From Acidobacteriota bacterium (GTDB lineage: Bacteria; Acidobacteriota; UBA6911; RPQK01; JAJDTT01), in contig OZ242374.1 of the NCBI GenBank assembly GCA_965209055.1, positions 3,488,001-3,552,000 on the forward strand: a DNA stretch of 64,000 bases. The letters are read 5' to 3'. Each line of letters begins with the position of its first letter. Position 1 is the first letter of the stretch. Under the pieces are notes generated by a model, which saw only the letters and a list, made by a program, of their open reading frames with translations, did not search any database and was not told the DNA's origin. Of this stretch, positions 28,118-37,328 are shown in pieces. Made by a program: the position numbers and the translations under genes.

Positions 28118-28336
28118 ATGAAGTCGATCGTCACGTTTCGGATCGGGACTGAGCTAAAACGCGCACTGGACGAAGTGTGTGACAGACTGGATAGGACCCG
28201 GAGCGACGTTGTGCGAGATGCGTTAAGGAGGCACCTTAGCTTGACGCGGTTCGAATATACTCGGTGCCAGATCCGTCCATTCGCGGAATCTCGAGGTTAT
28301 TTGACCGATCAAGACGTTTTTCGGGACGTTTCATGA
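28118..28336 (+). CDS. ribbon-helix-helix (CopG-like) protein, probable orphan antitoxin
   Basis: VTFRI...LDEVC...RSDVVRDALRR; C-terminal PFAESRGYLTDQDVF; TACAAT 7 nt before ATG suggests a leaderless mRNA. Confidence 0.8.
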   Translation: MKSIVTFRIGTELKRALDEVCDRLDRTRSDVVRDALRRHLSLTRFEYTRCQIRPFAESRGYLTDQDVFRDVS

Positions 28337-28409
28337 GTGCCGCTCCCTCTACGGGCGCCAGTGTGACTTCCTGGTTCGGATAAATTCTTTTTTGAGGAGC
28401 CTCCCCAAA

Positions 28410-29141
28410 ATGAGCATTCGTCATCGAATCGGATTGATGGTCCCCTCCACCAACACCACCTGCGAGGGGGACTACCAACTGGTGGCGCCCAAATCCATGA
28501 CGGTTCACGGCCAGCGGCTGTGGCTGACCAACGACTCCATGGGCGAAGAAGGCATGGAGAGGATGAACACGGACATCGAGAGCGGCGCCCGCTACCTGTC
28601 CACGGCCCGGGTGGATGCCATCGTCTACGCTTGCACAACCGGCAGCTTCTTCAAGGGCGCCGGCTGGGATCGGGACATGCTCGACCTCATCGAGCGAACG
28701 GCGAAGGTTCCCGCCATCGGCACCAGTCCTGCGGTGGTCGAGGCGCTGCGCTTCATGGGCGCCCGCAAGATCTCCGTGGCCACCCCCTATCCGGATTGGA
28801 GCAACCGTAGACTCCGCACCTACCTGGAGACCGCCGGCTTCACCGTCCTCAACGTGGAGGGCGAGCCGGTGGCGGTGGGCGCCGGCCAGCAGGGGATCAA
28901 CGATCAGGATCCGGAATCGGTGGTGAGGTTCGCCTCCCAGGCCTGCCGGCCCGAGGCCGATCTGCTCTTCTGCTCCTGCACGGCCTGGCGGTCGCTGGAG
29001 GTGGTGGAGGAGCTGGAGCGGATCACGGGCCGTCCCGTCCTGACCTCCAACCAGTCCACGATCTGGGCCAGCTTCCGGAAGCTGGGACTGACCGGCCCCA
29101 TCGAAGGGTACGGCAGTCTGCTTCGGCGGATGGATCACTGA
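28410..29141 (+). CDS. maleate cis-trans isomerase / Asp-Glu racemase family
   Basis: IGLMVPSTNTT, YACTTGS, VATPY, CSCTAW, LTSNQ; GAGGAG SD. Confidence 0.9.
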   Translation: MSIRHRIGLMVPSTNTTCEGDYQLVAPKSMTVHGQRLWLTNDSMGEEGMERMNTDIESGARYLSTARVDAIVYACTTGSFFKGAGWDRDMLDLIERTAKVPAIGTSPAVVEALRFMGARKISVATPYPDWSNRRLRTYLETAGFTVLNVEGEPVAVGAGQQGINDQDPESVVRFASQACRPEADLLFCSCTAWRSLEVVEELERITGRPVLTSNQSTIWASFRKLGLTGPIEGYGSLLRRMDH

Positions 29142-29220
29142 ACCGGTCGTTCGCCCGGACCGCCTAAGCCCTTCTCGGGCCGGTGTTCCGCTCCGGACCA
29201 TTCGGTATATCCTGGGACCC

Positions 29221-30342
29221 ATGAGAATCGATGCCATCGAAGTGGTCCACGTGGCCATGCCGCTCATCTATCCCTGGCGGACCGCCTACGGAGAAGATGC
29301 GTCCGTTCAGTCGGTCCTGGTCCGGATGGAGTCGCAGGGGCTGACGGCCTGGAGCGAGGCGGCTCCACTGGCCGCTCCCCAATACCTGCCGGAATGGGCG
29401 GGAGGCGTCTTCGCCTGCATCCGGGACTGGTTGGCGCCGATCCTGGTGGGACAGGAGATCGCCAGCGGGGAGGAACTTCAGGGCCGGCTTGCCTTCGTCA
29501 AGGGAAACTCGTTTGCCAAGGGCGGCCTGGACAGTGCCTGGTGGGTGCTGGAGGCCATGCGCCGGGGAGTACCGCTCTACCGGCTCCTGGGAGGACGGCG
29601 GTCGCAGGTCGACGTGGGAGCCGACTTCGGGATCATGGACTCGGTGGACGATCTGTTGGTTGCCATCGACGGGGCTGTGGAGGCGGGTTTCAAGCGCACC
29701 AAGCTCAAGTACGGGCCGGGATGGGATCTGCCCATGTTGAAAGTGGTCAGGAAGAACTTCCCCGACCACACCTTCCACATCGACTGCAACAGCGGCTACC
29801 GGCTCTCGGACCTGGAGATGTTCCGGGAGATCGACCAGTTGGGCCTGGCCATGATCGAGCAGCCGCTGCAGTACAACGACCTGGCGGACCACGCCCGGCT
29901 CCAGGAGGAGCTGCAGACGCCCGTCTGCCTAGATGAGAGCGTGACCTCCCCCGACAAGGCCCGGAAGGCCATCGAAATGGGAAGTTGCCGGATCGTCAAC
30001 ATCAAGACCTGCCGGGTCGGAGGACTGACGCCGGCCCTGGAAATCCACAACCGGTGCCAAGAGGCAGGGATCCCCTGCTGGATCGGGTCCATGTTGGAGA
30101 GCGCCGTGGGCGTGCGGGTCAATCTGGCCCTGTCCACGTTGGAGAACTTCACCTACCCCGCCGACCTTTTTCCCACCAGCCGTTTCTACCGGAAGGACCT
30201 GGGCCGTCCCGAAGTGTTCCTGGATCAGAGGCCTTCAGGCGAACCGGTCATGAGCCTGTCGGAGGAGCCGGGCCACGGAACCGAGCCGGACCCGGCCATG
30301 CTGGAGGAATGTACGGTCGCCCGCGCGACGATCACGGCGTGA
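29221..30342 (+). CDS. menC: o-succinylbenzoate synthase / N-acylamino acid racemase (enolase superfamily)
   Basis: KLK, DCN, IEQP, LDES, NIKTCRVGGL, GSMLES; exact activity within the family uncertain. Confidence 0.85.
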   Translation: MRIDAIEVVHVAMPLIYPWRTAYGEDASVQSVLVRMESQGLTAWSEAAPLAAPQYLPEWAGGVFACIRDWLAPILVGQEIASGEELQGRLAFVKGNSFAKGGLDSAWWVLEAMRRGVPLYRLLGGRRSQVDVGADFGIMDSVDDLLVAIDGAVEAGFKRTKLKYGPGWDLPMLKVVRKNFPDHTFHIDCNSGYRLSDLEMFREIDQLGLAMIEQPLQYNDLADHARLQEELQTPVCLDESVTSPDKARKAIEMGSCRIVNIKTCRVGGLTPALEIHNRCQEAGIPCWIGSMLESAVGVRVNLALSTLENFTYPADLFPTSRFYRKDLGRPEVFLDQRPSGEPVMSLSEEPGHGTEPDPAMLEECTVARATITA

Positions 30343-30352
30343 CGCCGGACCG

Positions 30353-30376
30353 GGAGCGGCGGCTTCCAGCCGCCGA
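30353..30376 (+). repeat. REP-like palindrome, copy 2 (between convergent genes)
   Basis: GGAGCGGCGGCTTCCAGCCGCCGA. Confidence 0.6.
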
Positions 30377-30383
30377 CTCTCAA

Positions 30384-32270
30384 TTACGGAAGCGCAAACG
30401 CCACGAGCTTGCCGCCGAAGACCTTGTTGTACTTGTTTCCCCCGCCGGCCGCGATGACGATGAACTGCTTGCCGGTCTTGGGTCCCAGATAGGTCATGGG
30501 AGTGGCGTGGCCGCTGGCCGGCAGCCGCCGGACCCAGACCTCTTCGCCCGATTTCTTGTCGAAGGCTCGGATGCGGCTGTCGTTGGTGGCCGCGATGAAG
30601 ACCAGCCCGCCGGCCGTCACAATGGGGCCGCCCAGGTTGGGGGCCCCGGTCTTGGGGATCCCGCGGCGCGTCAGTTCGTCGATCTCGCCCAGGATGGACT
30701 GCCAGCGGAACTCGCCCGTGTTGAGGTCGATGGCGGTCAGCGAGCCCCACGGCGGCTTCTGGCAGGGGTACTGGTTGGAATCCCAGAAGCGTCCATACTT
30801 GGTGCCCCGGGCCCGGAAAGGGACCTTGGATCCCTCGGGCCGCTCCACCATCCGGACGAAAGCGCCCACGTCCATGGAGTTGATGTAGAGCACGTGGGAC
30901 TCGGGGTCGAACGCCGCCCCGCCCCAATTGGATCCGCCGTTGGTCCCCGGGAACATGACGGTCAGCCTGCGGCCGATGGGCCGGAACAGCGGGCCCTCCA
31001 CATAGGCGTCCTTGACCATTTCCAGGCACTCGGCTCGGGACTCCGGTGTGACGTTGGTGATCTCGTCCCGGGTCATTGCCTGGCGGACGAAGGGCGGCGG
31101 CTTGACGGGAATCGGCTGGGTCGGGGAGTAGTACTCGCCGGGGATGTCCCCCTGCGGCACCGGCCGTTCCTCGACTTCGAAGAGCGGTTCTCCCGTCTCT
31201 CGATGGAGCAGGAAGACGAACCCGGTCTTGGTGGTCTGGGCCACCGCCGGAACCGCCTTGCCGTTGCGGCGCACGGTGACCAGGGAGGGCTGCGAAGGCA
31301 GGTCCCAGTCCCAAAGGTCGTGGTGGATGGTCTGGAAGTGCCAGACGCGTTTCCCGGTTCTGCAGTCCAGGGCCACGATGGCGTCGCTGAAAAGGTTGTC
31401 CCCTCTGCGGTCCCCTCCATAGAAGTCGGTGCCGGGAGAGGTCAGGGGAACGAAGACCATCCGGCGCTCCTCGTCCACGCTCAGGTTGGACCAGGCGTTG
31501 ACGCCCGACCGGTCCTTCCATGAGTCTCCCTCCCAGGTGTCGTGTCCGAATTCCCCCGGACGGGGAACGGTGTGGAAGCGCCAGACCCTCCGCCCGGTCC
31601 GGGCGTCGACGGCCTGGATGTCGCCGCTCGGCCCCTGGGGTTCGCCGTCGGTGACCCAACTGCCGGCCACCACCACGTCGCCGCAGGGAGCCACCGGCGA
31701 GCCCAATCCCCACCGGAGATGACCGTAGTCCCCCATCATCCCGTTCTTCAGGTCCACCATCCCCGAGGTCCCGAATTCCGGGTCGACTTTCCCGGTGGCC
31801 GCGTCCACCGAAAAGAGGCGGCCCAACTGGTCCCCCAGAAAGATCCGTTTGGCCTTCCCGTCGGTCCAATAGGCGACACCGCGGCTCTTGTACATGTTCA
31901 CCCGCTCGCTGCGGTCGAACTTGGGATCGAACTCCCAGAGCTTCTTGCCCGTGTCCGGATCAAGCGCCAGGAGGCGGTGAAAGACGGTGGAGACGTAGAG
32001 GACGCCGTCCACCATCAAGGGCGTGGTCTGGAAGGAGGAGAAGGTGGGCAACTCGGAACCGTCGCTGAAATCACCCGTGTCGTAGACCCAGGCTTCCTTC
32101 AGGCGGCCCACGTTCTCGCGGTTGATCTGGTTCAGGGAGGAGTACTGCCTCCCTCCCGGGTCCCCGCCGTAGGAGATCCATTCCCGGTCCTGGGCGGGAA
32201 GGAGTCCCTGAACCGGCAAGGTGACGAAGAGAAACAGGCGGAAAAAGGCCGAAGGGCGCGCTGTGCTCAT
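30384..32270 (-). CDS. PQQ-dependent dehydrogenase (quinoprotein glucose dehydrogenase-like)
   Basis: YSSLNQINRENV, QTTPL, HHDLWDWDLP, GGSNWGG, GGPIVTAGGLVF, ATPMTY, GKQF. Confidence 0.93.
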   Translation of the reverse strand: MSTARPSAFFRLFLFVTLPVQGLLPAQDREWISYGGDPGGRQYSSLNQINRENVGRLKEAWVYDTGDFSDGSELPTFSSFQTTPLMVDGVLYVSTVFHRLLALDPDTGKKLWEFDPKFDRSERVNMYKSRGVAYWTDGKAKRIFLGDQLGRLFSVDAATGKVDPEFGTSGMVDLKNGMMGDYGHLRWGLGSPVAPCGDVVVAGSWVTDGEPQGPSGDIQAVDARTGRRVWRFHTVPRPGEFGHDTWEGDSWKDRSGVNAWSNLSVDEERRMVFVPLTSPGTDFYGGDRRGDNLFSDAIVALDCRTGKRVWHFQTIHHDLWDWDLPSQPSLVTVRRNGKAVPAVAQTTKTGFVFLLHRETGEPLFEVEERPVPQGDIPGEYYSPTQPIPVKPPPFVRQAMTRDEITNVTPESRAECLEMVKDAYVEGPLFRPIGRRLTVMFPGTNGGSNWGGAAFDPESHVLYINSMDVGAFVRMVERPEGSKVPFRARGTKYGRFWDSNQYPCQKPPWGSLTAIDLNTGEFRWQSILGEIDELTRRGIPKTGAPNLGGPIVTAGGLVFIAATNDSRIRAFDKKSGEEVWVRRLPASGHATPMTYLGPKTGKQFIVIAAGGGNKYNKVFGGKLVAFALP

Positions 32271-32401
32271 GCGTTTCTGATAGCAGCGCGCCGAGAGGGA
32301 AGTCAAGGAAACAGGCGGGTGGCCGGTCCACGTTACTGAGGAATGCGAAGGGACTGACGCGGAGCGCTGTGCAAAGCGGCACATTATCGGCGTGACGATC
32401 T

Positions 32402-32464
32402 TCATGACAATTCGCGGTCCTGTCGTCAATTGTCATGATCATTCGCGACACAGTTGTCAATTGT
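32402..32464. promoter_or_regulatory. operator-like inverted repeat in a divergent intergenic region
   Basis: TCATGACAATT (32402-32412) / AATTGTCATGA (32428-32438); GTCAATTGT occurs twice (~32425, ~32456). Confidence 0.5.
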
Positions 32465-32556
32465 TCGCAATCGATCCAACGGTTCCGATTCAAGTCCGCG
32501 GCTTTCCCGGGATCAGGCTGGCGGCTCCACCCTCCCTGCGGTATAAAAACCGCCAG

Positions 32557-34305
32557 ATGAAACGCTCCGGACCGCCCCCTCGCAGGGGCGTTCGCTACGA
32601 ACCCCCCGAAAAGCCGCCGCACCTGCTCTCCCTGGGACTCGGCCTTCAACTCGTGATGCTGAACATCAGCGGAATCGTGCTGATCCCCAAGATCATCATC
32701 GAAGCCGCGGCCGTCGGCGAGGTCTACCTTTCCTGGGCCGTCTTCGCCGGACTCTGCGTCTGTGGCCTGATCACCGTCATCCAGGCGGTTCGGGTCGGCA
32801 ACATGGGAGCGGGGTACATCCTCCTGATGGGGACCTCCGGCACCTTTGTCGCCGTGTCGATTACGGCTCTGGTGGAGGGGGGACCGGCTCTATTGGCCAC
32901 CTTGATCGTGGTTTCGTCCCTGTTCCAGTTCGTCTTGGGCTCGCGTCTCGTGCTGCTGAGACGGGTGATCACGCCGTTGGTGGCGGGGACGGTCATCATG
33001 CTGGTAGCGGTCACCATCATGCCCATTGCCTTCAACATGTTGTCCCGGCCGCCGGAAGGAACTCCGCCGGCTGCCGCCCCCGTCAGTTTCGCGGTGACCC
33101 TCCTCGCCATGGCGGGTCTGGCCCTCTTCGCAGCGGGCGCTTGGCGGCTCTGGGGCCCGGTCTTGGGAGTGATCGCGGGTTGCAGCGTAGCGGGGTACTA
33201 TGGGATCTACGACACTGCCCGAGTCGCCTCCGCCCCTTGGTTCGGGCTGCCGCCCATCGGGTGGCCCGGGTTCGACCTGAGTTTCGGCTCGTCGTTCTGG
33301 GCTTTGCTCCCGGTATTCATATTCGTGGTGGCCATCGATACCGTGAGGACCGTAGGCGGCTCCATCAGCATCCAGCAGGTGTCCTGGCGGCAGCCGCGAG
33401 CGACCGATTTTCGGTCGGTGCAGGGCACCATCGGCGCAAGCGGCCTGTCCAACCTCCTTTCCGGACTGGTGGGGACGTTGCCCAACACCACCTACTCCTC
33501 CAGCATCTCGGTGGCCGCGCTCACGGGTGTGGCGGCCCGCAACGTGGGGGTCTGCGTCGGGATCCTCATCATCGTCTTCTCCTTCATTCCCAAAGCGACG
33601 GCGGTGATCCTGGCGATTCCCAATCCGGTCGTTGCGGCCTACATCGTCGTGCTCATCTCGCTGCTGTTCGTCGTGGGAACGCGGATCGTGGTCCGGGACG
33701 GCCTGGACAGTCGCAAGAGCATCGTGGTCGGCGTCGCGTTCTGGTTGGGCGTCGGTTTCCAGAACCGGCAGATTTTCTCGGAACACCTGGGAGATGCGGC
33801 GGCGTCGATTATGGAGAACGGGATCGCCGCCGGTGGACTGGCCGCGATCGTGATGACAGTCGCCCTGGAACTGTCCAAGCCCCGGCGGAGGAAGATCAAG
33901 ACGAAGCTGGGTCTGGAGTCGTTGGCGGAGGTCGACGAGTTCGTTCAGCGATTCGCCAAGGACAAGCATTGGAACGCGACCTCAACGGGACGACTGCGCG
34001 CGGCGACGGAGGAGGCGATCCTGAGCTTGGTTCCGTATGAGAGGGATACGGAGCCGGAAGACGCGCGGAACCTGGTCCTGTCGATGGGAGGTGACGGCCG
34101 GAAAGCAGAATTGGAGTTTATCGCCGCGGCGGGGGAGGGTAATCTTGAAGATAAATTGGCGCTGTTGGGACAATGGGCGGAACAGTCGAGCGATCGCGAG
34201 TTCTCGCTCCGGCTGCTCCGCCACTTCGCCACCTCCGTGAATCACCGTCAGTATCACGACACCGACGTCGTGACGATCCGTGTAGACGCGGACAAGGAAT
34301 CATGA
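32557..34305 (+). CDS. NCS2 (xanthine/uracil) family permease with C-terminal HATPase_c/anti-sigma-like domain, paralog 1
   Basis: YEPPEKPP, GLQ, ITPLVAGTVIML, many TM helices, PK..A....IP.PV; ~125-aa soluble tail. Confidence 0.85.
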   Translation: MKRSGPPPRRGVRYEPPEKPPHLLSLGLGLQLVMLNISGIVLIPKIIIEAAAVGEVYLSWAVFAGLCVCGLITVIQAVRVGNMGAGYILLMGTSGTFVAVSITALVEGGPALLATLIVVSSLFQFVLGSRLVLLRRVITPLVAGTVIMLVAVTIMPIAFNMLSRPPEGTPPAAAPVSFAVTLLAMAGLALFAAGAWRLWGPVLGVIAGCSVAGYYGIYDTARVASAPWFGLPPIGWPGFDLSFGSSFWALLPVFIFVVAIDTVRTVGGSISIQQVSWRQPRATDFRSVQGTIGASGLSNLLSGLVGTLPNTTYSSSISVAALTGVAARNVGVCVGILIIVFSFIPKATAVILAIPNPVVAAYIVVLISLLFVVGTRIVVRDGLDSRKSIVVGVAFWLGVGFQNRQIFSEHLGDAAASIMENGIAAGGLAAIVMTVALELSKPRRRKIKTKLGLESLAEVDEFVQRFAKDKHWNATSTGRLRAATEEAILSLVPYERDTEPEDARNLVLSMGGDGRKAELEFIAAAGEGNLEDKLALLGQWAEQSSDREFSLRLLRHFATSVNHRQYHDTDVVTIRVDADKES

Positions 34306-34396
34306 CGAGCAGGCTGACGGGCGGCCCGGGAATCGGTCAGCTCCTATTTCGGAAACGAACCGGCAACGACGGGTTGCGACAAACAGGGATAAATTT

Positions 34397-36157
34397 ATGA
34401 AGCCATCCGCTCCAGCTCTTCAGAAAGATCTTCGTTACGAACCCAACGAACGGCCCCCGAACCTGCTCTCCCTGGGACTCGGATTTCAGCTTGTCCTGCT
34501 CACTATCGGCGGGATCGTCCTGACTCCGGCGATCATCATTCGCGCAGCCGGCGGGGAGGACGCCTACATGACCTGGGCCGTCTTCGCCGGGCTCTGCGTC
34601 TGCGGCGTGTCCACGATCCTCCAGGCCGTCCGCGTCGGACGGTTCGGTTCCGGCTACGTCCTCCTGATGGGAACCTCCGGCGTCTTCATCGCCGTGTCGG
34701 TGACGGCGCTGACGGATGGGGGACCCGGACTGCTGGCGACCCTGGTGGTCGTCTCGTCCATATTTCAATTTGTTCTGGCGTCGCACCTGTCTCTGCTGCG
34801 TAGGGTCATTACGCCGTTGGTGGCGGGGACCGTGATCATGCTGATCTCGGTGACCATCATGCCCATCGCCTTCAACCTGGTGGCCGACGCGGCGGAAGGG
34901 GCGGCCTCCACGGGTGCGCCTGTAAGCGCGGCGGCGACCCTCGTCTTCACGGCAGGTCTGGCCCTCTTCTCCAAGGGCAGCTTGCGGCTCTGGGCACCCG
35001 TTCTGGGTGTTACCATCGGTTGCATCGTCGCCTCTTTCTACGGTCTCTACGACGTCGCTCGAGTCGCCGACGCTGCTTGGTTCGGAATGCCCACGAGCGG
35101 TTGGCCCGGTCTCGACCTGACGTTCGGCGCCTCATTCTGGACCTTGCTCCCGGTCTTCGTCCTGGTGACCGTGGTAGGCGCCATCGAAACCGTCGGCGAC
35201 GCCATCGGAATCCAGCAGGTCTCATGGCGGAGGCCGCGGGCGACCGACTTTCGCGCAGTGCAGGGGGCCGTCGGAGCGGACGGCGTGGGCAATCTCCTGT
35301 CGGGCCTGATGGGGACCGTGCCCAACACGACCTACTCCACCAGCGTCGCCGTCACCGAGCTGACCGGCGTCGCCGCGCGCTCCGTGGGGGTCTGCATCGG
35401 AATCCTCTTCTTCTCCTTTGCCTTCCTTCCCAAAGTGACGGCGGTGATCCTGGCGATTCCGGACCCGGTGGTGGCGGCTTACATCCTGGTGCTGATGGCC
35501 GTCCTGTTTGTCCTGGGCATGAGGATCGTGGCGCAGGACGGCCTCGACAGCCGCAAGAGCGTGGTCGTCGGGCTGTCTTTCTGGCTGGGCGTCGGCTTTC
35601 AGAATCAGCAGATTTTCGCGGACTACATGGACGGCACCCTGGCGACCATCCTGGGGAACGGCATGGCGGCCGGCGGATTGGCCGCGATCGTGATGACGGT
35701 GGCTCTGGACTTGGCCAAGCCGCGAAGGAGGCGGGTCAAGGCCATGCTCAGCCTCGATTCGCTGCCGGAGATCGACGGGTTCATCTGCAAGTTCGCCGCC
35801 GCCAAGGATTGGAACGAGGCGTCAACGGAGCGGCTCCGGGCCGCTGCGGAGGAATCGGTCCTGAGTCTGATTCCGGAGGGGGAGGCGTCTGAAGCGGCAG
35901 AGGCCCGGCACCTGTTGCTCCTGGTCCGCGGGGACGGCCGCGGGGCGGAGTTGGAATTCATCGCCTCGGCAGTGGAGGGGAATCTCGAGGACCGTCTGGC
36001 GCTCCTGGGCCAGTGGGCGAGGCGATCGGTCGACCGCGAGTTCTCGCTGCGGCTGCTCCGCCACTACGCCAGTTCGGTGCGCCACCGGCAGTACCACGAC
36101 ACCGACGTCGTGACGGTGCGGGTCGAAGCGGACGCACCAGCGAAGAGTGACGGCTGA
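34397..36157 (+). CDS. NCS2 family permease with C-terminal HATPase_c/anti-sigma-like domain, paralog 2
   Basis: Collinear tandem paralog; ETVGD, GADGVGNLLSGL, PNTTYS; same tail ending HRQYHDTDVVTVRV. Confidence 0.87.
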   Translation: MKPSAPALQKDLRYEPNERPPNLLSLGLGFQLVLLTIGGIVLTPAIIIRAAGGEDAYMTWAVFAGLCVCGVSTILQAVRVGRFGSGYVLLMGTSGVFIAVSVTALTDGGPGLLATLVVVSSIFQFVLASHLSLLRRVITPLVAGTVIMLISVTIMPIAFNLVADAAEGAASTGAPVSAAATLVFTAGLALFSKGSLRLWAPVLGVTIGCIVASFYGLYDVARVADAAWFGMPTSGWPGLDLTFGASFWTLLPVFVLVTVVGAIETVGDAIGIQQVSWRRPRATDFRAVQGAVGADGVGNLLSGLMGTVPNTTYSTSVAVTELTGVAARSVGVCIGILFFSFAFLPKVTAVILAIPDPVVAAYILVLMAVLFVLGMRIVAQDGLDSRKSVVVGLSFWLGVGFQNQQIFADYMDGTLATILGNGMAAGGLAAIVMTVALDLAKPRRRRVKAMLSLDSLPEIDGFICKFAAAKDWNEASTERLRAAAEESVLSLIPEGEASEAAEARHLLLLVRGDGRGAELEFIASAVEGNLEDRLALLGQWARRSVDREFSLRLLRHYASSVRHRQYHDTDVVTVRVEADAPAKSDG

Positions 36158-36266
36158 GAAGAGTGCACCACGGGTCTCCGATACCAACCTTCACTTCCCG
36201 CGCCGGTACATATGCGCTGCATTTTCGGTATCAAGATGCTCCTTCGTCCAGGCTGCAGTTGATTTT

Positions 36267-36285
36267 GAAATTGAAATTCAGTTTC
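36267..36285. promoter_or_regulatory. Fur-box-like operator
   Basis: GAAATTGAAATTCAGTTTC, 13/19 match to GATAATGATAATCATTATC, in an AT-rich patch 35 nt upstream of the iron ABC operon. Confidence 0.65.
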
Positions 36286-36320
36286 ATATTCGGGCACGTT
36301 GGAGAAGGAGGCTCAGCATC

Positions 36321-37322
36321 ATGAACGCAAATCTTCGGCGATTGGTCATCCTTTGCACGATCTCATTGATATTGCCCGGCATAGCGAATGCACAAGAAGT
36401 CAACGTCTACTCGACGCGCTCGCACTACGGGTCCGAGCCCGCCTTCGAGTTGTTCACCGAGAAGACCGGAATCAAGGTCAACTTTTTCATGGGGAACAAC
36501 AACGAGGTCTTCGAACGGTTGCGGGCCGAGGGTTCCGACACCCGGGCCGACGTCATGGTGACGGTCGACGCGGGCAATCTGTGGAACGCGGCCCGCGAAG
36601 GGCTGCTTATGCCCATCCAATCCGACACTCTGATGAAGAACGTCCCGGCGCATCTCCGTGATCCGGAGAACCGGTGGTTCGGCCTCGCGGTCCGCGCGCG
36701 CACCATCATGTACAGCACCGAGCGGGTGAAGCCTTCGGAGCTCTCGACGTATGCGGCGCTGGCGGATCCGAAATGGAAAGGCCGCATCTGTTTGCGCACG
36801 TCCAACAGCATCTACAACCAGTCCCTGCTCGCCTCGGCGATCGGAGTTCACGGCGAAGCGGTCGTCGAGAAGATGATTGGAGGCTGGGTCGCAAACGAGC
36901 CCGAGATCGTCAACTCGGACCGGCCCGTCCTCCGCGCTATCGCGGCGGGGCAGTGCGACGTCGGGATCACCAACAGCTACTACCTCGCGCGCATCCTGGC
37001 CAAGGAACCCGATCTGCCGGTCGCGCCGTTCTGGGCCAACCAGGAGACGACCGGAACCCACGTGAACATCTCGGGGGCGGGGGTCACCAAGTACGCGAAG
37101 AACAAGGAAAACGCAGTTCGACTCCTGGAGTTCATCACCTCCGTCGAGGCGCAAGAGACACTTGCCGCAAGCAGTTTCGAGTATCCGGCAAATCCCGCTG
37201 CGGAGCCGCACCCGGTTCTGAAAGGCTGGGGGGGCTTCAAGCAGGAGCAGGTGGGCGTCGCTGCGGCCGGTGAGAATCAGGTGGCCGCGATCAAGCTCGC
37301 CGACCGTGCCGGCTACCGGTAG
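36321..37322 (+). CDS. futA: Fe(3+) ABC transporter substrate-binding protein (FutA/FbpA)
   Basis: AAGGAGG SD, signal peptide, VYSTRSHY, TVDAGNL, IYNQSL, NSYY, GTHVNISGAGV. Confidence 0.92.
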   Translation: MNANLRRLVILCTISLILPGIANAQEVNVYSTRSHYGSEPAFELFTEKTGIKVNFFMGNNNEVFERLRAEGSDTRADVMVTVDAGNLWNAAREGLLMPIQSDTLMKNVPAHLRDPENRWFGLAVRARTIMYSTERVKPSELSTYAALADPKWKGRICLRTSNSIYNQSLLASAIGVHGEAVVEKMIGGWVANEPEIVNSDRPVLRAIAAGQCDVGITNSYYLARILAKEPDLPVAPFWANQETTGTHVNISGAGVTKYAKNKENAVRLLEFITSVEAQETLAASSFEYPANPAAEPHPVLKGWGGFKQEQVGVAAAGENQVAAIKLADRAGYR

Positions 37323-37328
37323 TTTCTC

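Noticed and set aside
32440-32556. Purine riboswitch upstream of the NCS2 genes
   Set aside because: No recognisable aptamer core
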